Positions 16,278 to 30,730 of a stretch of DNA of 36,154 bases are shown here, one piece after another. The position numbers and the translations under genes were made by a program. Source of the stretch: a virus (Duplodnaviria; Heunggongvirae; Uroviricota; Caudoviricetes); IMG/VR virus record IMGVR_UViG_2778261278_000009. One strand, given 5' to 3'. How positions within the stretch are numbered: the first letter of the stretch is position 1; each line of letters opens with the position of its first letter. The notes beneath the pieces are model-generated. The model was not told the DNA's origin, ran no database searches, and was given only the letters and a program-made list of their open reading frames with translations.

Positions 16278-17360
16278 TTAGAACTGGTAAACCATACCTA
16301 CAGCAACGATATCATCGGTAGCAACGCCAGATGCTTTCGTGAAATCGCTCTTATCAATCAGGTTGATTTTGTAGTCAACAAAAGTGGACATATTTTTGTT
16401 GAAGTAATAGGTTGCACCTACATCAACATATTCAACCAGGTCCTGATCACCCCAAACACCCAAGTCTTTTCCTTTAGAATGCAGGTAAGCAACGGATGGA
16501 CGCAGGCCGAAGTCGAACTGATATTGTGCAACAGCTTCGAAGTTTTGTGCTTTGTTGGCAATATGGTTATTACCAAAAACAGTCATGTTCTGGGTTTCAG
16601 AATAGGTGGTGGCCAGATAGATGTTGTTCGCATCATATTTCAGACCAGCTGCCCATACTTCAGCATTTTGACCAGAAGCATTCAGACCGTTGTTACCGTA
16701 GATAACCTGATTATTAGTGCGATCAGATTTAGCATAGGTTGCACCCACGCCGAATCCTTCATACTCATAAGTAGTTGAGAAACCGAAACCATCGCCATTA
16801 GCTTCAGTTACTTCATTTCGGTCATTTTTGCCCTGATACTGAGCTGCAAAGTTCAGGCCATCAACCAGACCAAAGAAGTCGTTGTTACGATAAGTTGCAA
16901 CACCTGTGGTGCGACCAGTCATGAATACATCTGTTTGGGTCCAGGTATCGCCACCGAATTCTGGCAGAACGTCGGTCCATGCACCAATATCGTATGCTAC
17001 ACCGTAGTTACGGCCATAATCGATGGAGCCGTAGTCACCGAATTTCAGGCCAGCGAAGGCAAGACGGGTTTTATCTTTGGAGGAACCTTGAGATTCAGCG
17101 CGGTTGCCTTTGAATTCATATTCCCACTGACCGAAACCAGTCAGTTGATCGTTGATTTGGGTTTCACCTTTGAAGCCAAGACGGGCATAAGTAGTATCAC
17201 CATCATCTGCATCATTAGAGGAGAAGTAGTGCTTAGCATTAACTTTCCCGTACAGATCCAGCTTGTTACTGTCTTTATTATAAATTTCAGCTGCCTGAGC
17301 AGACATCGCCATCAGTACTGATGCAGCTACAGCAGAAATTGCCACTGTTAATTTTTTCAT
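16278..17360 (-). CDS. nmpC: Outer-membrane porin (OmpC/PhoE family, NmpC/Lc-like phage porin)
   Basis: 360 aa; signal peptide [24 protein letters not shown]-terminal ...VGMVYQF with terminal Phe; opposite orientation between Q and the lysis genes as in DLP12. Confidence 0.9.
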   Translation of the reverse strand: MKKLTVAISAVAASVLMAMSAQAAEIYNKDSNKLDLYGKVNAKHYFSSNDADDGDTTYARLGFKGETQINDQLTGFGQWEYEFKGNRAESQGSSKDKTRLAFAGLKFGDYGSIDYGRNYGVAYDIGAWTDVLPEFGGDTWTQTDVFMTGRTTGVATYRNNDFFGLVDGLNFAAQYQGKNDRNEVTEANGDGFGFSTTYEYEGFGVGATYAKSDRTNNQVIYGNNGLNASGQNAEVWAAGLKYDANNIYLATTYSETQNMTVFGNNHIANKAQNFEAVAQYQFDFGLRPSVAYLHSKGKDLGVWGDQDLVEYVDVGATYYFNKNMSTFVDYKINLIDKSDFTKASGVATDDIVAVGMVYQF

Positions 17361-17791
17361 CGTGAGCCCTTTTTTTTGAACTATTATTAAAAAATGATGT
17401 CACTGCGCGATAAATATTCATCTAATCAATGTGATTATTTCAAGATGTAAGTTTTGGTTTCTCGTTTAATTTGTGAAGTAGATCTCTATTTTTATCTGAA
17501 CTTTTTTCTATCGAATCCTATTCATGGCTCTTGGCTGAATAAAAATAAATCTATTAGCCAATTTATATTAATGGCTGTTATTTATAAGTGCTCTATAATT
17601 TGAAGGTTCAATTTAAATTGGCTAAAAATAACGCTGGAAATTATTTGTTGGTTATTTGTTGAGATTTGCTTATGTATTTGTAGTGGTGTTTTCAATACTC
17701 GGTAGCATTCTCGCAAATATCATTTAGTGGTTTACGTACGTAAAAAATTGGTTATGCTGTTAAGAGTGGTTACTTCGTCACACAGCTTAAA

Positions 17792-17815
17792 CCCGCCGTC
17801 GAGCGGGTTTTTCCA
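17792..17815 (+). terminator. Intrinsic terminator upstream of the holin (tR'-like)
   Basis: Stem CCCGC/GCGGG with loop CGTCGA followed by TTTTTCCATTTTTT; late promoter pR' expected within about 150 nt upstream but -35/-10 not resolved. Confidence 0.55.
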
Positions 17816-17933
17816 TTTTTTGAGTCTCGATATTAGCTGATAACCCAATACCTGAGTTATTCACTGACTCCGAGTCTGTTACGTTTCGTAGTATTCCCTC
17901 AATTTACACCCGCTTTGTCTGCGAGGTGGGGTT

Positions 17934-18149
17934 ATGAAATCCATGGATAAGTTAACAACGGGTGTCGCCTATGGCACCTCAGCAGGTAGTGCCGGGTACT
18001 GGTTTTTACAGCTGCTCGATAAAGTCACGCCCTCACAGTGGGCAGCAATAGGTGTGCTGGGTAGCCTGGTATTTGGCCTGCTGACGTACCTGACAAACCT
18101 TTATTTCAAGATTAAAGAAGATAAGCGCAAGGCTGCGAGAGGTGAATAA
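17934..18149 (+). CDS. S: Holin, S21-type pinholin
   Basis: 71 aa [26 protein letters not shown]... with two TM segments, closely resembling phage 21 S as recalled. Confidence 0.9.
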
Positions 18150-18646
18150 TGCCTCCATCATTACGAAAAGCTGTTGCTGCTGCTATTGGTGGCGGGGCTA
18201 TTGCTATAGCATCTGTGTTAATCACTGGCCCAAGTGGTAACGATGGTCTGGAAGGTGTGAGACATAATCCTTACAAAGACATAGTTGGTGTATGGACTGT
18301 ATGTTACGGGCATACAGGAAAAGACATCATTCCCGGTAAAACGTATACCGAAGCAGAGAGCAAAGCCCTCCTGAATAAAGACCTTGCAACTGTCGCCAGA
18401 CAAATTAACCGGTACATCAAAGTCGATATACCGGAAACAACGCGCGGCGCTCTTTACTCGTTCGTCTACAACGTGGGTGCTGGCAATTTCAGAACATCGA
18501 CGCTTCTTCGCAAAATAAACCAGGGTGATATTAAAGGCGCATGTGATCAGCTACAGCGCTGGACATACGCTGGCGGTAATCAATGGAAAGGACTGATGAC
18601 TCGCCGTGAGATTGAGCGTGAAGTCTGTTTGTGGGGGAAACAATGA
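18149..18646 (+). CDS. R: SAR endolysin (lysozyme, R21-like)
   Basis: 165 aa; N-terminal Gly/Ala-rich signal-arrest-release segment [20 protein letters not shown]; start overlaps holin stop (TAATG). Confidence 0.9.
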   Translation: MPPSLRKAVAAAIGGGAIAIASVLITGPSGNDGLEGVRHNPYKDIVGVWTVCYGHTGKDIIPGKTYTEAESKALLNKDLATVARQINRYIKVDIPETTRGALYSFVYNVGAGNFRTSTLLRKINQGDIKGACDQLQRWTYAGGNQWKGLMTRREIEREVCLWGKQ

Positions 18647-19104
18647 GCAGAGTAACCGCGATTATCTCCGCTCTGGTTATCTGCATCATCGTCTGCCTGT
18701 CATGGGCTGTTAATCATTACCGTGATAACGCCATTACCTACAAAGCCCAGCGCGACAAAAATGCCAGAGAACTGAAGCTGGCGAACGCGGCAATTACTGA
18801 CATGCAGATGCGTCAGCGTGATGTTGCTGCGCTCGATGCAAAATACACGAAGGAGTTAGCTGATGCGAAAGCTGAAAATGATGCTCTGCGTGATGATGTT
18901 GCCGCTGGTCGTCGTCGGTTGCACATCAAAGCAGTCTGTCAGTCAGTGCGTGAAGCCACCACCGCCTCCGGGGTGGATAATGCAGCCTCCTCCCGACTGG
19001 CAGACACCGCTGAACGGGATTATTTCACCCTCAGAGAGAGGCTGATCACGATGCAAAAACAACTGGAAGGAACCCAGAAGTATATTAATGAGCAGTGCAG
19101 ATAG
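18643..19104 (+). CDS. Rz: Rz i-spanin
   Basis: N-terminal TM helix then coiled-coil region; ATG at 18643 ([17 protein letters not shown]). Confidence 0.85.
   Translation: MSRVTAIISALVICIIVCLSWAVNHYRDNAITYKAQRDKNARELKLANAAITDMQMRQRDVAALDAKYTKELADAKAENDALRDDVAAGRRRLHIKAVCQSVREATTASGVDNAASSRLADTAERDYFTLRERLITMQKQLEGTQKYINEQCR
18863..19045 (+). CDS. Rz1: Rz1 o-spanin lipoprotein, embedded in Rz in the +1 frame
   Basis: 60 aa; lipobox LVVVGC; Pro-rich; fully nested in Rz as in lambda. Confidence 0.8.
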   Translation: MRKLKMMLCVMMLPLVVVGCTSKQSVSQCVKPPPPPGWIMQPPPDWQTPLNGIISPSERG

Positions 19105-19135
19105 AGCTGCCCATATCGATGGGCAACTCATGCAA

Positions 19136-19429
19136 TTATTGTGAGCAATACACACGCGCTTCCAGCGGAGTATAAATGCCTAAAGTAATAAAACCGAGCA
19201 ATCCATTTACGAATGTTTGCTGGGTTTCTGTTTTAACAACATTTTCTGCGCCGCCACAAATTTTGGCTGCATCAACAGTTTTCTCCTGTCCAATTCCCGA
19301 AACGAAGAAATGATGGGTGATGGTTTCCTTTGGTGTTACTGCTGTCGGTTTGTTTCCAACAGTAAACGTCTGTTGAGCACATCCTGTAATAAGCATTGCC
19401 AGAGCGGCAGAAAACAACATTTTTTTCAT
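19136..19429 (-). CDS. bor: Bor lipoprotein (serum-resistance moron)
   Basis: 97 aa from MKKMLFSAALAMLITGC (lipobox), near-identical to lambda Bor as recalled. Confidence 0.9.
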   Translation of the reverse strand: MKKMLFSAALAMLITGCAQQTFTVGNKPTAVTPKETITHHFFVSGIGQEKTVDAAKICGGAENVVKTETQQTFVNGLLGFITLGIYTPLEARVYCSQ

Positions 19430-19788
19430 CTTATTATCCTGCATTGTTAAAAACGGCAGAATCCTATGTGACAACAATTAAACGATAGTTAAATGGATTG
19501 ATGAAAATTAAAACTATATAGGTGGATGCTCAGCCTATTGGAGGAGGGGGGCACTCAGAATCCTGTGGAATGAAATAAACCGCTCTTTCTGTCCATTACC
19601 CTTTTAGCTGCGCTGTATCGTCGCCGTATTCCCGCATTAACCATGACCGTAGCCCGACGGGGAATTCCTTCTGCGTGAGTGTGCGGGAATAATCAAAAAC
19701 GATGCACACCGGGTTTTACTGTGCTGACAGACGCAGGGTTACCCTCATAGTCGCTTTTCCGGTGCGATGGTGGAAGAAACCGGGATGT

Positions 19789-19983
19789 TCATCCATCATC
19801 ACTTTGGATTGATGTATATGCTCTCTTTTCTGACGTTAGTCTCCGACGGCAGGCTTCAATGACCCAGGCTGAGAAATTCCCAGACCCTTTTTGCTCAAGA
19901 GCGATGTTAATTTGTTCAATCATTTGGTTAGGAAAGCGGATGTTGCGGGTTGTTGTTCTGCGGGTTCTGTTCTTCGTTGACAT
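19789..19983 (-). CDS. Small basic DNA-binding-like protein (64 aa), possibly DUF3950/YlcI-like
   Basis: NIRFPNQMIEQINIALEQKG resembles a ribbon-helix-helix N-terminus; located between bor and cos. Confidence 0.45.
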   Translation of the reverse strand: MSTKNRTRRTTTRNIRFPNQMIEQINIALEQKGSGNFSAWVIEACRRRLTSEKRAYTSIQSDDG

Positions 19984-20182
19984 GAGGTTGCCCCGTATTC
20001 AGTGTCGCTGATTTGTATTGTCTGAAGTTGTTTTTACGTTAAGTTGATGCAGATCAATTAATACGATACCTGCGTCATAATTGATTATTTGACGTGGTTT
20101 GATGGCTTAGATGCACGTTGTGACATGTAGATGATAATTATTATCATTTTGCGGGTCCTTTCCGGCGATCCGACAGGTTACG

Positions 20183-20194
20183 GGGCGGCGACCT
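20183..20194 (+). other. cosN cohesive-end site (GGGCGGCGACCT), with cosB downstream
   Basis: Exact match to the lambda 12-nt cohesive end, preceded by CGACAGGTTACG (lambda right end) and followed by lambda-like cosB sequence leading to Nu1. Confidence 0.9.
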
Positions 20195-20371
20195 CGCGGG
20201 TTTTCGCTATTTATGAAAATTTTCCGGTTTAAGGCGTTTCCGTTCTTCTTCGTCGTAACTTAATGTTTTTATTTAAAATACCCCCTGAAAAGAAAGGAAG
20301 CGACAGGTGCTGAAAGCGAACTTTTTGGCCTCTGTCGTTTCCTTTCTCTGTTTTTGTCCGTGGAATGAACA

Positions 20372-20891
20372 ATGGAAGTCAACAAAAAGCAGCTGGCTGA
20401 CATTTTCGGTGCGAGTATCCGTACCATTCAGAACTGGCAGGAACAGGGAATGCCCGTTCTGCGAGGCGGTGGCAAGGGTAATGAGGTGCTTTATGACTCT
20501 GCCGCCGTCATAAAATGGTATGCCGAAAGGGATGCTGAAATTGAGAACGAAAAGCTGCGCCGGGAGGTTGAAGAACTGCGGCAGGCCAGCGAGACAGATC
20601 TCCAGCCAGGGACTATTGAGTACGAACGCCATCGACTTACGCGTGCGCAGGCCGACGCACAGGAGCTGAAGAATGCCAGAGACTCCGCTGAAGTGGTGGA
20701 AACCGCATTCTGTACTTTCGTGCTGTCGCGGATCGCAGGTGAAATTGCCAGTATTCTCGACGGGATCCCCCTGTCGGTGCAGCGGCGTTTTCCGGAACTG
20801 GAAAACCGACATGTTGATTTCCTGAAACGGGATATCATCAAAGCCATGAACAAAGCAGCCGCACTGGATGAACTGATACCGGGGTTGCTGA

Positions 20892-20917
<26 letters not shown>
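20372..20917 (+). CDS. Nu1: Terminase small subunit
   Basis: 181 aa, near-identical to lambda Nu1 as recalled. Confidence 0.95.
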
Positions 20918-24598
<3,681 letters not shown>

Positions 24599-24618
<20 letters not shown>

Positions 24619-25918
24619 TCTCCCGCATATTGCCAGCATGGCCTTTAATGAGCCGCTGATGCTTGAACCCGCCTATGCGCGGGTTTTCTTTTGTGCGCTA
24701 GCAGGCCAGCTTGGGATCAGCCGCCTGACAGATGCGGTGTCCGGTGACAGCCTGACTGCCCCGGAGACACCCGCGACGCTGGCGTTATCCGGTGATGATG
24801 ACGGACCACGACAGGCCCGCAGTTATCAGGTCATGAACGGCATCGCCGTGCTGCCGGTTTCCGGCACGCTGGTCAGCCGGACGCGGGCGCTGCAGCCGTA
24901 TTCGGGGATGACCGGTTACAACGGCATTATCGCCCGTCTGCAACAGGCTGCCAGCGATCCGATGGTGGACGGCATTCTGCTCGATATGGACACGCCCGGC
25001 GGGATGGTGGCGGGGGCATTTGACTGCGCTGACATCATCGCCCGTGTGCGTGACATAAAACCGGTATGGGCGCTTGCCAACGACATGAACTGCAGTGCAG
25101 GTCAGTTGCTTGCCAGTGCCGCTTCCCGGCGTCTGGTCACGCAGACCGCCCGGACAGGCTCCATCGGCGTCATGATGGCTCACAGCAATTACGGTGCAGC
25201 GCTGGAGAAACAGGGCGTGGAAATCACGCTGATTTACAGCGGCAGCCATAAGGTGGATGGCAACCCCTACAGCCATCTTCCGGATGACGTCCGGGAAACA
25301 CTGCAGTCCCGGATGGATGCAACCCGCCAGATGTTTGCGCAGAAAGTGTCGGCATATACCGGCCTGTCTGTGCAGGCTGTGCTGGATACCGAGGCTGCAG
25401 TGTACAGCGGTCAGGAGGCCATTGATGCCGGACTGGCTGATGAACTTGTTAACAGTACCGATGCGATCACCGTCATGCGTGATGCACTGGATACACGTAA
25501 ATCCCGTCTCTCAGGAGGGCGAATGACCAAAGAGACTCAATCAACAACTGTTTCAGCCACTGCTTCGCAGGCTGACGTTACTGGCGTGGTGCAAGCGACG
25601 GAGGGCGAGAACGCCAGCGCTGCGCAGCCGGACGTGAACGCGCAGATCACCGCAGCGGTTGCGGCAGAAAACAGTCGCATTATGGGGATCCTCAACTGTG
25701 AGGAGGCTCACGGACGCGAAGAACAGGCATGCGTGCTGGCCGAAACCCCCGGTATGACCGTGGAAACGGCCCGCCGTATTCTGGCCGCAGCACCACAGAG
25801 TGCACAGGCGCGCAGTGACACTGCGCTGGATCGTCTGATGCAGGGGGCACCGGCACCACTGGCTGCAGGTAACCCGGCATCTGATGCCGTTAACGATTTG
25901 CTGAACACACCAGTGTAA
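24599..25918 (+). CDS. C: Capsid assembly protease C
   Basis: GTG start at 24599 after GAGGAGG (MTAELRNLPHIASMAFNEPL as in lambda C); overlaps end of B. Confidence 0.9.
25313..25918 (+). CDS. Nu3: Scaffold protein Nu3 (in-frame internal start within C)
   Basis: In-frame ATG at 25313 (MDATRQMF...) giving 201 aa sharing the C-terminus of C, as in lambda. Confidence 0.6.
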   Translation: MDATRQMFAQKVSAYTGLSVQAVLDTEAAVYSGQEAIDAGLADELVNSTDAITVMRDALDTRKSRLSGGRMTKETQSTTVSATASQADVTGVVQATEGENASAAQPDVNAQITAAVAAENSRIMGILNCEEAHGREEQACVLAETPGMTVETARRILAAAPQSAQARSDTALDRLMQGAPAPLAAGNPASDAVNDLLNTPV

Positions 25919-25927
25919 GGGATGTTT

Positions 25928-26260
25928 ATGACGAGCAAAGAAACCTTTACCCATTACCAGCCGCTGGGCAACAGTGACCCGGCACATACGGCAACCGCGC
26001 CCGGCGGATTGAGTGCGAAAGCGCCTGCAATGACCCCGCTGATGCTGGACACCTCCACCCGTAAGCTGGTTGCGTGGGATGGCACCACCGACGGTACTGC
26101 CGTTGGCATTCTGGCGGTTGATGCTGACCAGACCAGCACCACGCTGACGTTCTACAAGTCCGGCTCGTTCCGTTATGAGGATGTGCTCTGGCCGGAGGCT
26201 GCCAGCGACGAGACGAAAAAACGGACCGCGTTTGCCGGAACGGCAATCAGCATCGTTTAA
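25928..26260 (+). CDS. D: Head decoration protein D
   Basis: 110 aa [27 protein letters not shown]..., matches lambda gpD as recalled. Confidence 0.9.
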   Translation: MTSKETFTHYQPLGNSDPAHTATAPGGLSAKAPAMTPLMLDTSTRKLVAWDGTTDGTAVGILAVDADQTSTTLTFYKSGSFRYEDVLWPEAASDETKKRTAFAGTAISIV

Positions 26261-26281
26261 CTTTACCCTTCATCACTAAAG

Positions 26282-26302
26282 GCCGCCTGTGCGGCTTTTT
26301 TT
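26282..26302 (+). terminator. Hairpin plus T-run between D and E (terminator-like attenuator)
   Basis: GCCGC-CTGT-GCGGC followed by TTTTTTT, 14 nt before the E start. Confidence 0.4.
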
Positions 26303-26315
26303 ACGGGATTTTTTT

Positions 26316-27341
26316 ATGTCGATGTACACAACCGCCCAACTGCTGGCGGCAAATGAGCAGAAATTTAAGTTTGATCCGCTGTTTCTGCGTCTCTTTTTCC
26401 GTGAGAGCTATCCCTTCACCACGGAGAAAGTCTATCTCTCACAAATTCCGGGACTGGTAAACATGGCGCTGTACGTTTCGCCGATTGTTTCCGGTGAGGT
26501 TATCCGTTCCCGTGGCGGCTCCACCTCTGAATTTACGCCGGGATATGTCAAGCCGAAGCATGAAGTGAATCCGCAGATGACCCTGCGTCGCCTGCCGGAT
26601 GAAGATCCGCAGAATCTGGCGGACCCGGCTTACCGCCGCCGTCGCATCATCATGCAGAACATGCGTGACGAAGAGCTGGCCATTGCTCAGGTCGAAGAGA
26701 TGCAGGCAGTTTCTGCCGTGCTTAAGGGCAAATACACCATGACCGGTGAAGCCTTCGATCCGGTTGAGGTGGATATGGGCCGCAGTGAGGAGAATAACAT
26801 CACGCAGTCCGGCGGCACGGAGTGGAGCAAGCGTGACAAGTCCACGTATGACCCGACCGACGATATCGAAGCCTACGCGCTGAACGCCAGCGGTGTGGTG
26901 AATATCATCGTGTTCGATCCGAAAGGCTGGGCGCTGTTCCGTTCCTTCAAAGCCGTCAAGGAGAAGCTGGATACCCGTCGTGGCTCTAATTCCGAGCTGG
27001 AGACAGCGGTGAAAGACCTAGGTAAAGCGGTGTCCTATAAGGGGATGTATGGCGATGTGGCCATCGTCGTGTATTCCGGACAGTACGTGGAAAACGGCGT
27101 CAAAAAGAACTTCCTGCCGGACAACACGATGGTGCTGGGGAACACTCAGGCACGCGGTCTGCGCACCTATGGCTGCATTCAGGATGCGGACGCACAGCGC
27201 GAAGGCATTAACGCCTCTGCCCGTTACCCGAAAAACTGGGTGACCACCGGCGATCCGGCGCGTGAGTTCACCATGATTCAGTCAGCACCGCTGATGCTGC
27301 TGGCTGACCCTGATGAGTTCGTGTCCGTACAACTGGCGTAA
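26316..27341 (+). CDS. E: Major capsid protein E
   Basis: 341 aa from MSMYTTAQLLAANEQKFKFDPLF..., matches lambda gpE as recalled. Confidence 0.95.
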   Translation: MSMYTTAQLLAANEQKFKFDPLFLRLFFRESYPFTTEKVYLSQIPGLVNMALYVSPIVSGEVIRSRGGSTSEFTPGYVKPKHEVNPQMTLRRLPDEDPQNLADPAYRRRRIIMQNMRDEELAIAQVEEMQAVSAVLKGKYTMTGEAFDPVEVDMGRSEENNITQSGGTEWSKRDKSTYDPTDDIEAYALNASGVVNIIVFDPKGWALFRSFKAVKEKLDTRRGSNSELETAVKDLGKAVSYKGMYGDVAIVVYSGQYVENGVKKNFLPDNTMVLGNTQARGLRTYGCIQDADAQREGINASARYPKNWVTTGDPAREFTMIQSAPLMLLADPDEFVSVQLA

Positions 27342-27382
27342 TCATGGCCCTTCGGGGCCATTGTTTCTCTGTGGAGGAGTCC

Positions 27383-27781
27383 ATGACGAAAGATGAACTG
27401 ATTGCCCGTCTCCGCTCGCTGGGTGAACAACTGAACCGTGATGTCAGCCTGACGGGGACGAAAGAAGAACTGGCGCTCCGTGTGGCAGAGCTGGAAGAGG
27501 AGCTTGATGACACGGATGAAACTTCCGGTCAGGACACCCCTCTCAGCCGGGAAAATGTGCTGACCGGACATGAAAATGAGGTGGGATCAGCGCAGCCGGA
27601 TACCGTGATTCTGGATACGTCTGAACTGGTCACGGTCGTGGCACTGGTGAAGCTGCATACTGATGCACTTCACGCCACGCGGGATGAACCTGTGGCATTT
27701 GTGCTGCCGGGAACGGCGTTTCGTGTCTCTGCCGGTGTGGCAGCCGAAATGACAGAGCGCGGCCTGGCCAGAATGCAATAA
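27383..27781 (+). CDS. FI: DNA packaging protein FI
   Basis: 132 aa from MTKDELIARLRSLGEQL..., matches lambda FI as recalled; GGAGGAG Shine-Dalgarno. Confidence 0.9.
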   Translation: MTKDELIARLRSLGEQLNRDVSLTGTKEELALRVAELEEELDDTDETSGQDTPLSRENVLTGHENEVGSAQPDTVILDTSELVTVVALVKLHTDALHATRDEPVAFVLPGTAFRVSAGVAAEMTERGLARMQ

Positions 27782-27792
27782 CGGGAGGCGCT

Positions 27793-28146
27793 GTGGCTGA
27801 TTTCGATAACCTGTTCGATGCTGCCATTGCCCGCGCCGATGAAACGATACGCGGGTACATGGGAACGTCAGCCACCATTACATCCGGTGAGCAGTCAGGT
27901 GCGGTGATACGTGGTGTTTTTGATGACCCTGAAAATATCAGCTATGCCGGACAGGGCGTGCGCGTTGAAGGCTCCAGCCCGTCCCTGTTTGTCCGGACTG
28001 ATGAGGTGCGGCAGCTGCGGCGTGGAGACACGCTGACCATCGGTGAGGAAAATTTCTGGGTAGATCGGGTTTCGCCGGATGATGGCGGAAGTTGTCATCT
28101 CTGGCTTGGACGGGGCGTACCGCCTGCCGTTAACCGTCGCCGCTGA
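27793..28146 (+). CDS. FII: Head completion protein FII
   Basis: 117 aa MADFDNLFDAAIARADETIRGYMG..., matches lambda FII as recalled. Confidence 0.9.
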   Translation: MADFDNLFDAAIARADETIRGYMGTSATITSGEQSGAVIRGVFDDPENISYAGQGVRVEGSSPSLFVRTDEVRQLRRGDTLTIGEENFWVDRVSPDDGGSCHLWLGRGVPPAVNRRR

Positions 28147-28157
28147 AAGGGGGATGT

Positions 28158-28736
28158 ATGGCCATAAAAGGTCTTGAGCAGGCCGTTGAAAACCTCAGCC
28201 GTATCAACAAAACGGCGGTGCCTGGTGCCGCCGCAATGGCCATTAACCGCGTTGCTTCATCCGCGATATCGCAGTCGGCGTCACAGGTTGCCCGTGAGAC
28301 AAAGGTACGCCGGAAACTGGTAAAGGAAAGGGCCAGGCTGAAAAGGGCCACGGTCAAAAATCCGCAGGCCAGAATCAAAGTTAACCGGGGGGATTTGCCC
28401 GTAATCAAGCTGGGTAACGCGCGGGTTGTCCTTTCCCGCCGCAGACGTCGTAAAAAGGGGCAGCGTTCATCCCTGAAAGGTGGCGGCAGCGTGCTTGTGG
28501 TGGGAAACCGTCGTATTCCCGGCGCGTTTATTCAGCAACTGAAAAATGGCCGGTGGCATGTCATGCAGCGTGTGGCCGGGAAAAACCGTTACCCCATTGA
28601 TGTGGTGAAAATCCCGATGGCGGTGCCGCTGACCACGGCGTTTAAACAGAATATTGAACGGATACGGCGTGAACGTCTTCCGAAAGAGCTGGGCTATGCG
28701 CTGCAGCATCAACTGAGAATGGTAATAAAGCGATGA
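28158..28736 (+). CDS. Z: Tail completion protein Z
   Basis: 192 aa, matches lambda gpZ as recalled. Confidence 0.9.
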   Translation: MAIKGLEQAVENLSRINKTAVPGAAAMAINRVASSAISQSASQVARETKVRRKLVKERARLKRATVKNPQARIKVNRGDLPVIKLGNARVVLSRRRRRKKGQRSSLKGGGSVLVVGNRRIPGAFIQQLKNGRWHVMQRVAGKNRYPIDVVKIPMAVPLTTAFKQNIERIRRERLPKELGYALQHQLRMVIKR

Positions 28737-29128
28737 AACATACTGAACTCCGTGCAGCCGTACTGGATGCACTGGAGAAGCATGACACCGGGGCGACGTT
28801 TTTTGATGGTCGCCCCGCTGTTTTTGATGAGGCGGATTTTCCGGCAGTTGCCGTTTATCTCACCGGCGCTGAATACACGGGCGAAGAGCTGGACAGCGAT
28901 ACATGGCAGGCGGAGCTGCATATTGAAGTTTTCCTGCCTGCTCAGGTGCCGGATTCAGAGCTGGATGCGTGGATGGAGTCCCGGATTTATCCGGTGATGA
29001 GTGATATCCCGGCACTGTCAGATTTGATCACCAGTATGGTGGCCAGCGGCTATGACTACCGGCGCGACGATGATGCGGGCCTGTGGAGTTCAGCCGATCT
29101 GACTTATGTCATTACCTATGAAATGTGA
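28733..29128 (+). CDS. U: Tail terminator protein U
   Basis: 131 aa, matches lambda gpU as recalled. Confidence 0.9.
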   Translation: MKHTELRAAVLDALEKHDTGATFFDGRPAVFDEADFPAVAVYLTGAEYTGEELDSDTWQAELHIEVFLPAQVPDSELDAWMESRIYPVMSDIPALSDLITSMVASGYDYRRDDDAGLWSSADLTYVITYEM

Positions 29129-29135
29129 GGACGCT

Positions 29136-29876
29136 ATGCCTGTACCAAATCCTGTAATGCCGGTGAAAGGTGCCGGGACCACCCTGTGGGTTTATAAGGG
29201 AAGCGGTGACCCTTATGCGAATCCGCTTTCAGACGTTGACTGGTCGCGTCTGGCAAAAGTTAAAGACCTGACGCCCGGCGAACTGACCGCTGAGTCCTAT
29301 GACGACAGCTATCTCGATGATGAAGATGCAGACTGGACTGCGACCGGGCAGGGGCAGAAATCTGCCGGAGATACCAGCTTCACGCTGGCGTGGATGCCCG
29401 GAGAGCAGGGGCAGCAGGCGCTGCTGGCGTGGTTTAATGAAGGGGATACCCGAGCCTATAAAATCCGCTTCCCGAACGGCACGGTCGATGTGTTCCGCGG
29501 CTGGGTCAGCAGTATCGGTAAGGCGGTGACGGCGAAGGAAGTGATCACCCGCACGGTGAAAGTCACCAACGTGGGCCGTCCGTCGATGGCAGAAGATCGC
29601 AGCACGGTGACGGCGACAACCGGCATGACTGTGACGCCTGCCAGCACCTCGGTGGTGAAAGGGCAGAGCACCACGCTGACCGTGGCATTCCAGCCGGAAG
29701 GCGCAACCGACAAGAGCTTCCGTGCGGTGTCTGCGGATAAAACAAAAGCCACCGTGTCGGTCAGTGGTATGACCATCACCGTGAAAGGTGTTGCTGCAGG
29801 CAAGGTCAACATTCCGGTCGTATCCGGTAATGGTGAACTTGCTGCGGTTGCAGAAATCACCGTCACCGCCAGTTAA
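29136..29876 (+). CDS. V: Major tail protein V
   Basis: 246 aa from [27 protein letters not shown]..., matches lambda gpV as recalled, including its C-terminal Ig-like domain. Confidence 0.9.
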   Translation: MPVPNPVMPVKGAGTTLWVYKGSGDPYANPLSDVDWSRLAKVKDLTPGELTAESYDDSYLDDEDADWTATGQGQKSAGDTSFTLAWMPGEQGQQALLAWFNEGDTRAYKIRFPNGTVDVFRGWVSSIGKAVTAKEVITRTVKVTNVGRPSMAEDRSTVTATTGMTVTPASTSVVKGQSTTLTVAFQPEGATDKSFRAVSADKTKATVSVSGMTITVKGVAAGKVNIPVVSGNGELAAVAEITVTAS

Positions 29877-29891
29877 TCCGGGGAGTCAGCG

Positions 29892-30314
29892 ATGTTCCTG
29901 AAAACCGAATCATTTGAACATAACGGTGTGACCGTCACGCTTTCTGAACTGTCAGCCCTGCAGCGAATTGAGCATCTCGCCCTGATGAAACGGCAGGCAG
30001 AACAGGCGGAGTCAGACAGCAACCGGAAGTTTACTGTGGAAGACGCCATCAGAACCGGCGCGTTTCTGGTGGCGATGTCCCTGTGGCATAACCATCCGAA
30101 GAAGACAAAGCTGCCTTCCATGAATGAAGCCGTTAAACAGATTGAGCAGGAAGTGCTTACCACCTGGCCCACGGAGGCAATTTCTCATGCTGAAAACGTG
30201 GTGTACCGGCTGTCCGGTATGTATGAGTTTGTGGTGAATGATGCTCCTGAACAGACAGAGGACGCCGGGCCTGCAGAGCCTGTTTCTGCGGGAAAGTGTT
30301 CGATGGTGAGCTGA
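29892..30314 (+). CDS. G: Tail assembly chaperone G
   Basis: 140 aa, matches lambda gpG as recalled. Confidence 0.9.
   Translation: MFLKTESFEHNGVTVTLSELSALQRIEHLALMKRQAEQAESDSNRKFTVEDAIRTGAFLVAMSLWHNHPKKTKLPSMNEAVKQIEQEVLTTWPTEAISHAENVVYRLSGMYEFVVNDAPEQTEDAGPAEPVSAGKCSMVS
30290..30296 (+). other. Slippery heptamer G GGA AAG for the -1 programmed frameshift producing G-T
   Basis: GGGAAAG in the G reading frame (X XXY YYZ) close to the G stop; the T ORF is in the -1 frame. Confidence 0.8.
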
Positions 30315-30730
30315 GTTTTGCCCTGAAACTGGCGCGAGAGATGGGGCGACCCGACTGGCGTGCCATGCTTGCCGGGATGTCATCCACGGAGTATGCCGAC
30401 TGGCACCGCTTTTACAGTACCCATTATTTTCATGATGTTCTGCTGGATATGCACTTTTCCGGGCTGACGTACACCGTGCTCAGCCTGTTTTTCAGCGATC
30501 CGGATATGCATCCGCTGGATTTCAGTCTGCTGAACCGGCGTGAGGCTGACGAAGAGCCTGAAGATGATGTGCTGATGCAGAAAGCGGCAGGGCTTGCCGG
30601 AGGCGTCCGCTTTGGCCCGGACGGGAATGAAGTTATCCCCGCTTCCCCGGATGTGGCGGACATGACGGAGGATGACGTAATGCTGATGACAGTATCAGAA
30701 GGGATCGCAGGAGGAGTCCGGTATGGCTGA
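30296..30730 (+). CDS. T: Tail assembly protein T, expressed as a G-T fusion by -1 frameshift
   Basis: -1 frame ORF overlapping the G 3' end, matches lambda gpT as recalled. Confidence 0.85.
   Translation: MFDGELSFALKLAREMGRPDWRAMLAGMSSTEYADWHRFYSTHYFHDVLLDMHFSGLTYTVLSLFFSDPDMHPLDFSLLNRREADEEPEDDVLMQKAAGLAGGVRFGPDGNEVIPASPDVADMTEDDVMLMTVSEGIAGGVRYG

Noticed and set aside
19480..19788. Possible small RNA or tRNA in the non-coding stretch between bor and the small basic protein gene
   Set aside because: No cloverleaf-compatible stems or conserved T-loop/anticodon arrangement found by eye; the region resembles the lambda right-arm non-coding sequence near cos.
26282..26302. D-E and I-J intergenic hairpins (the latter at 35615-35640) as novel regulatory elements
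   Set aside because: Both lie in blocks that appear sequence-identical to lambda, so they are conserved lambda features (probable attenuators or mRNA-stability elements) rather than anything new to this element.
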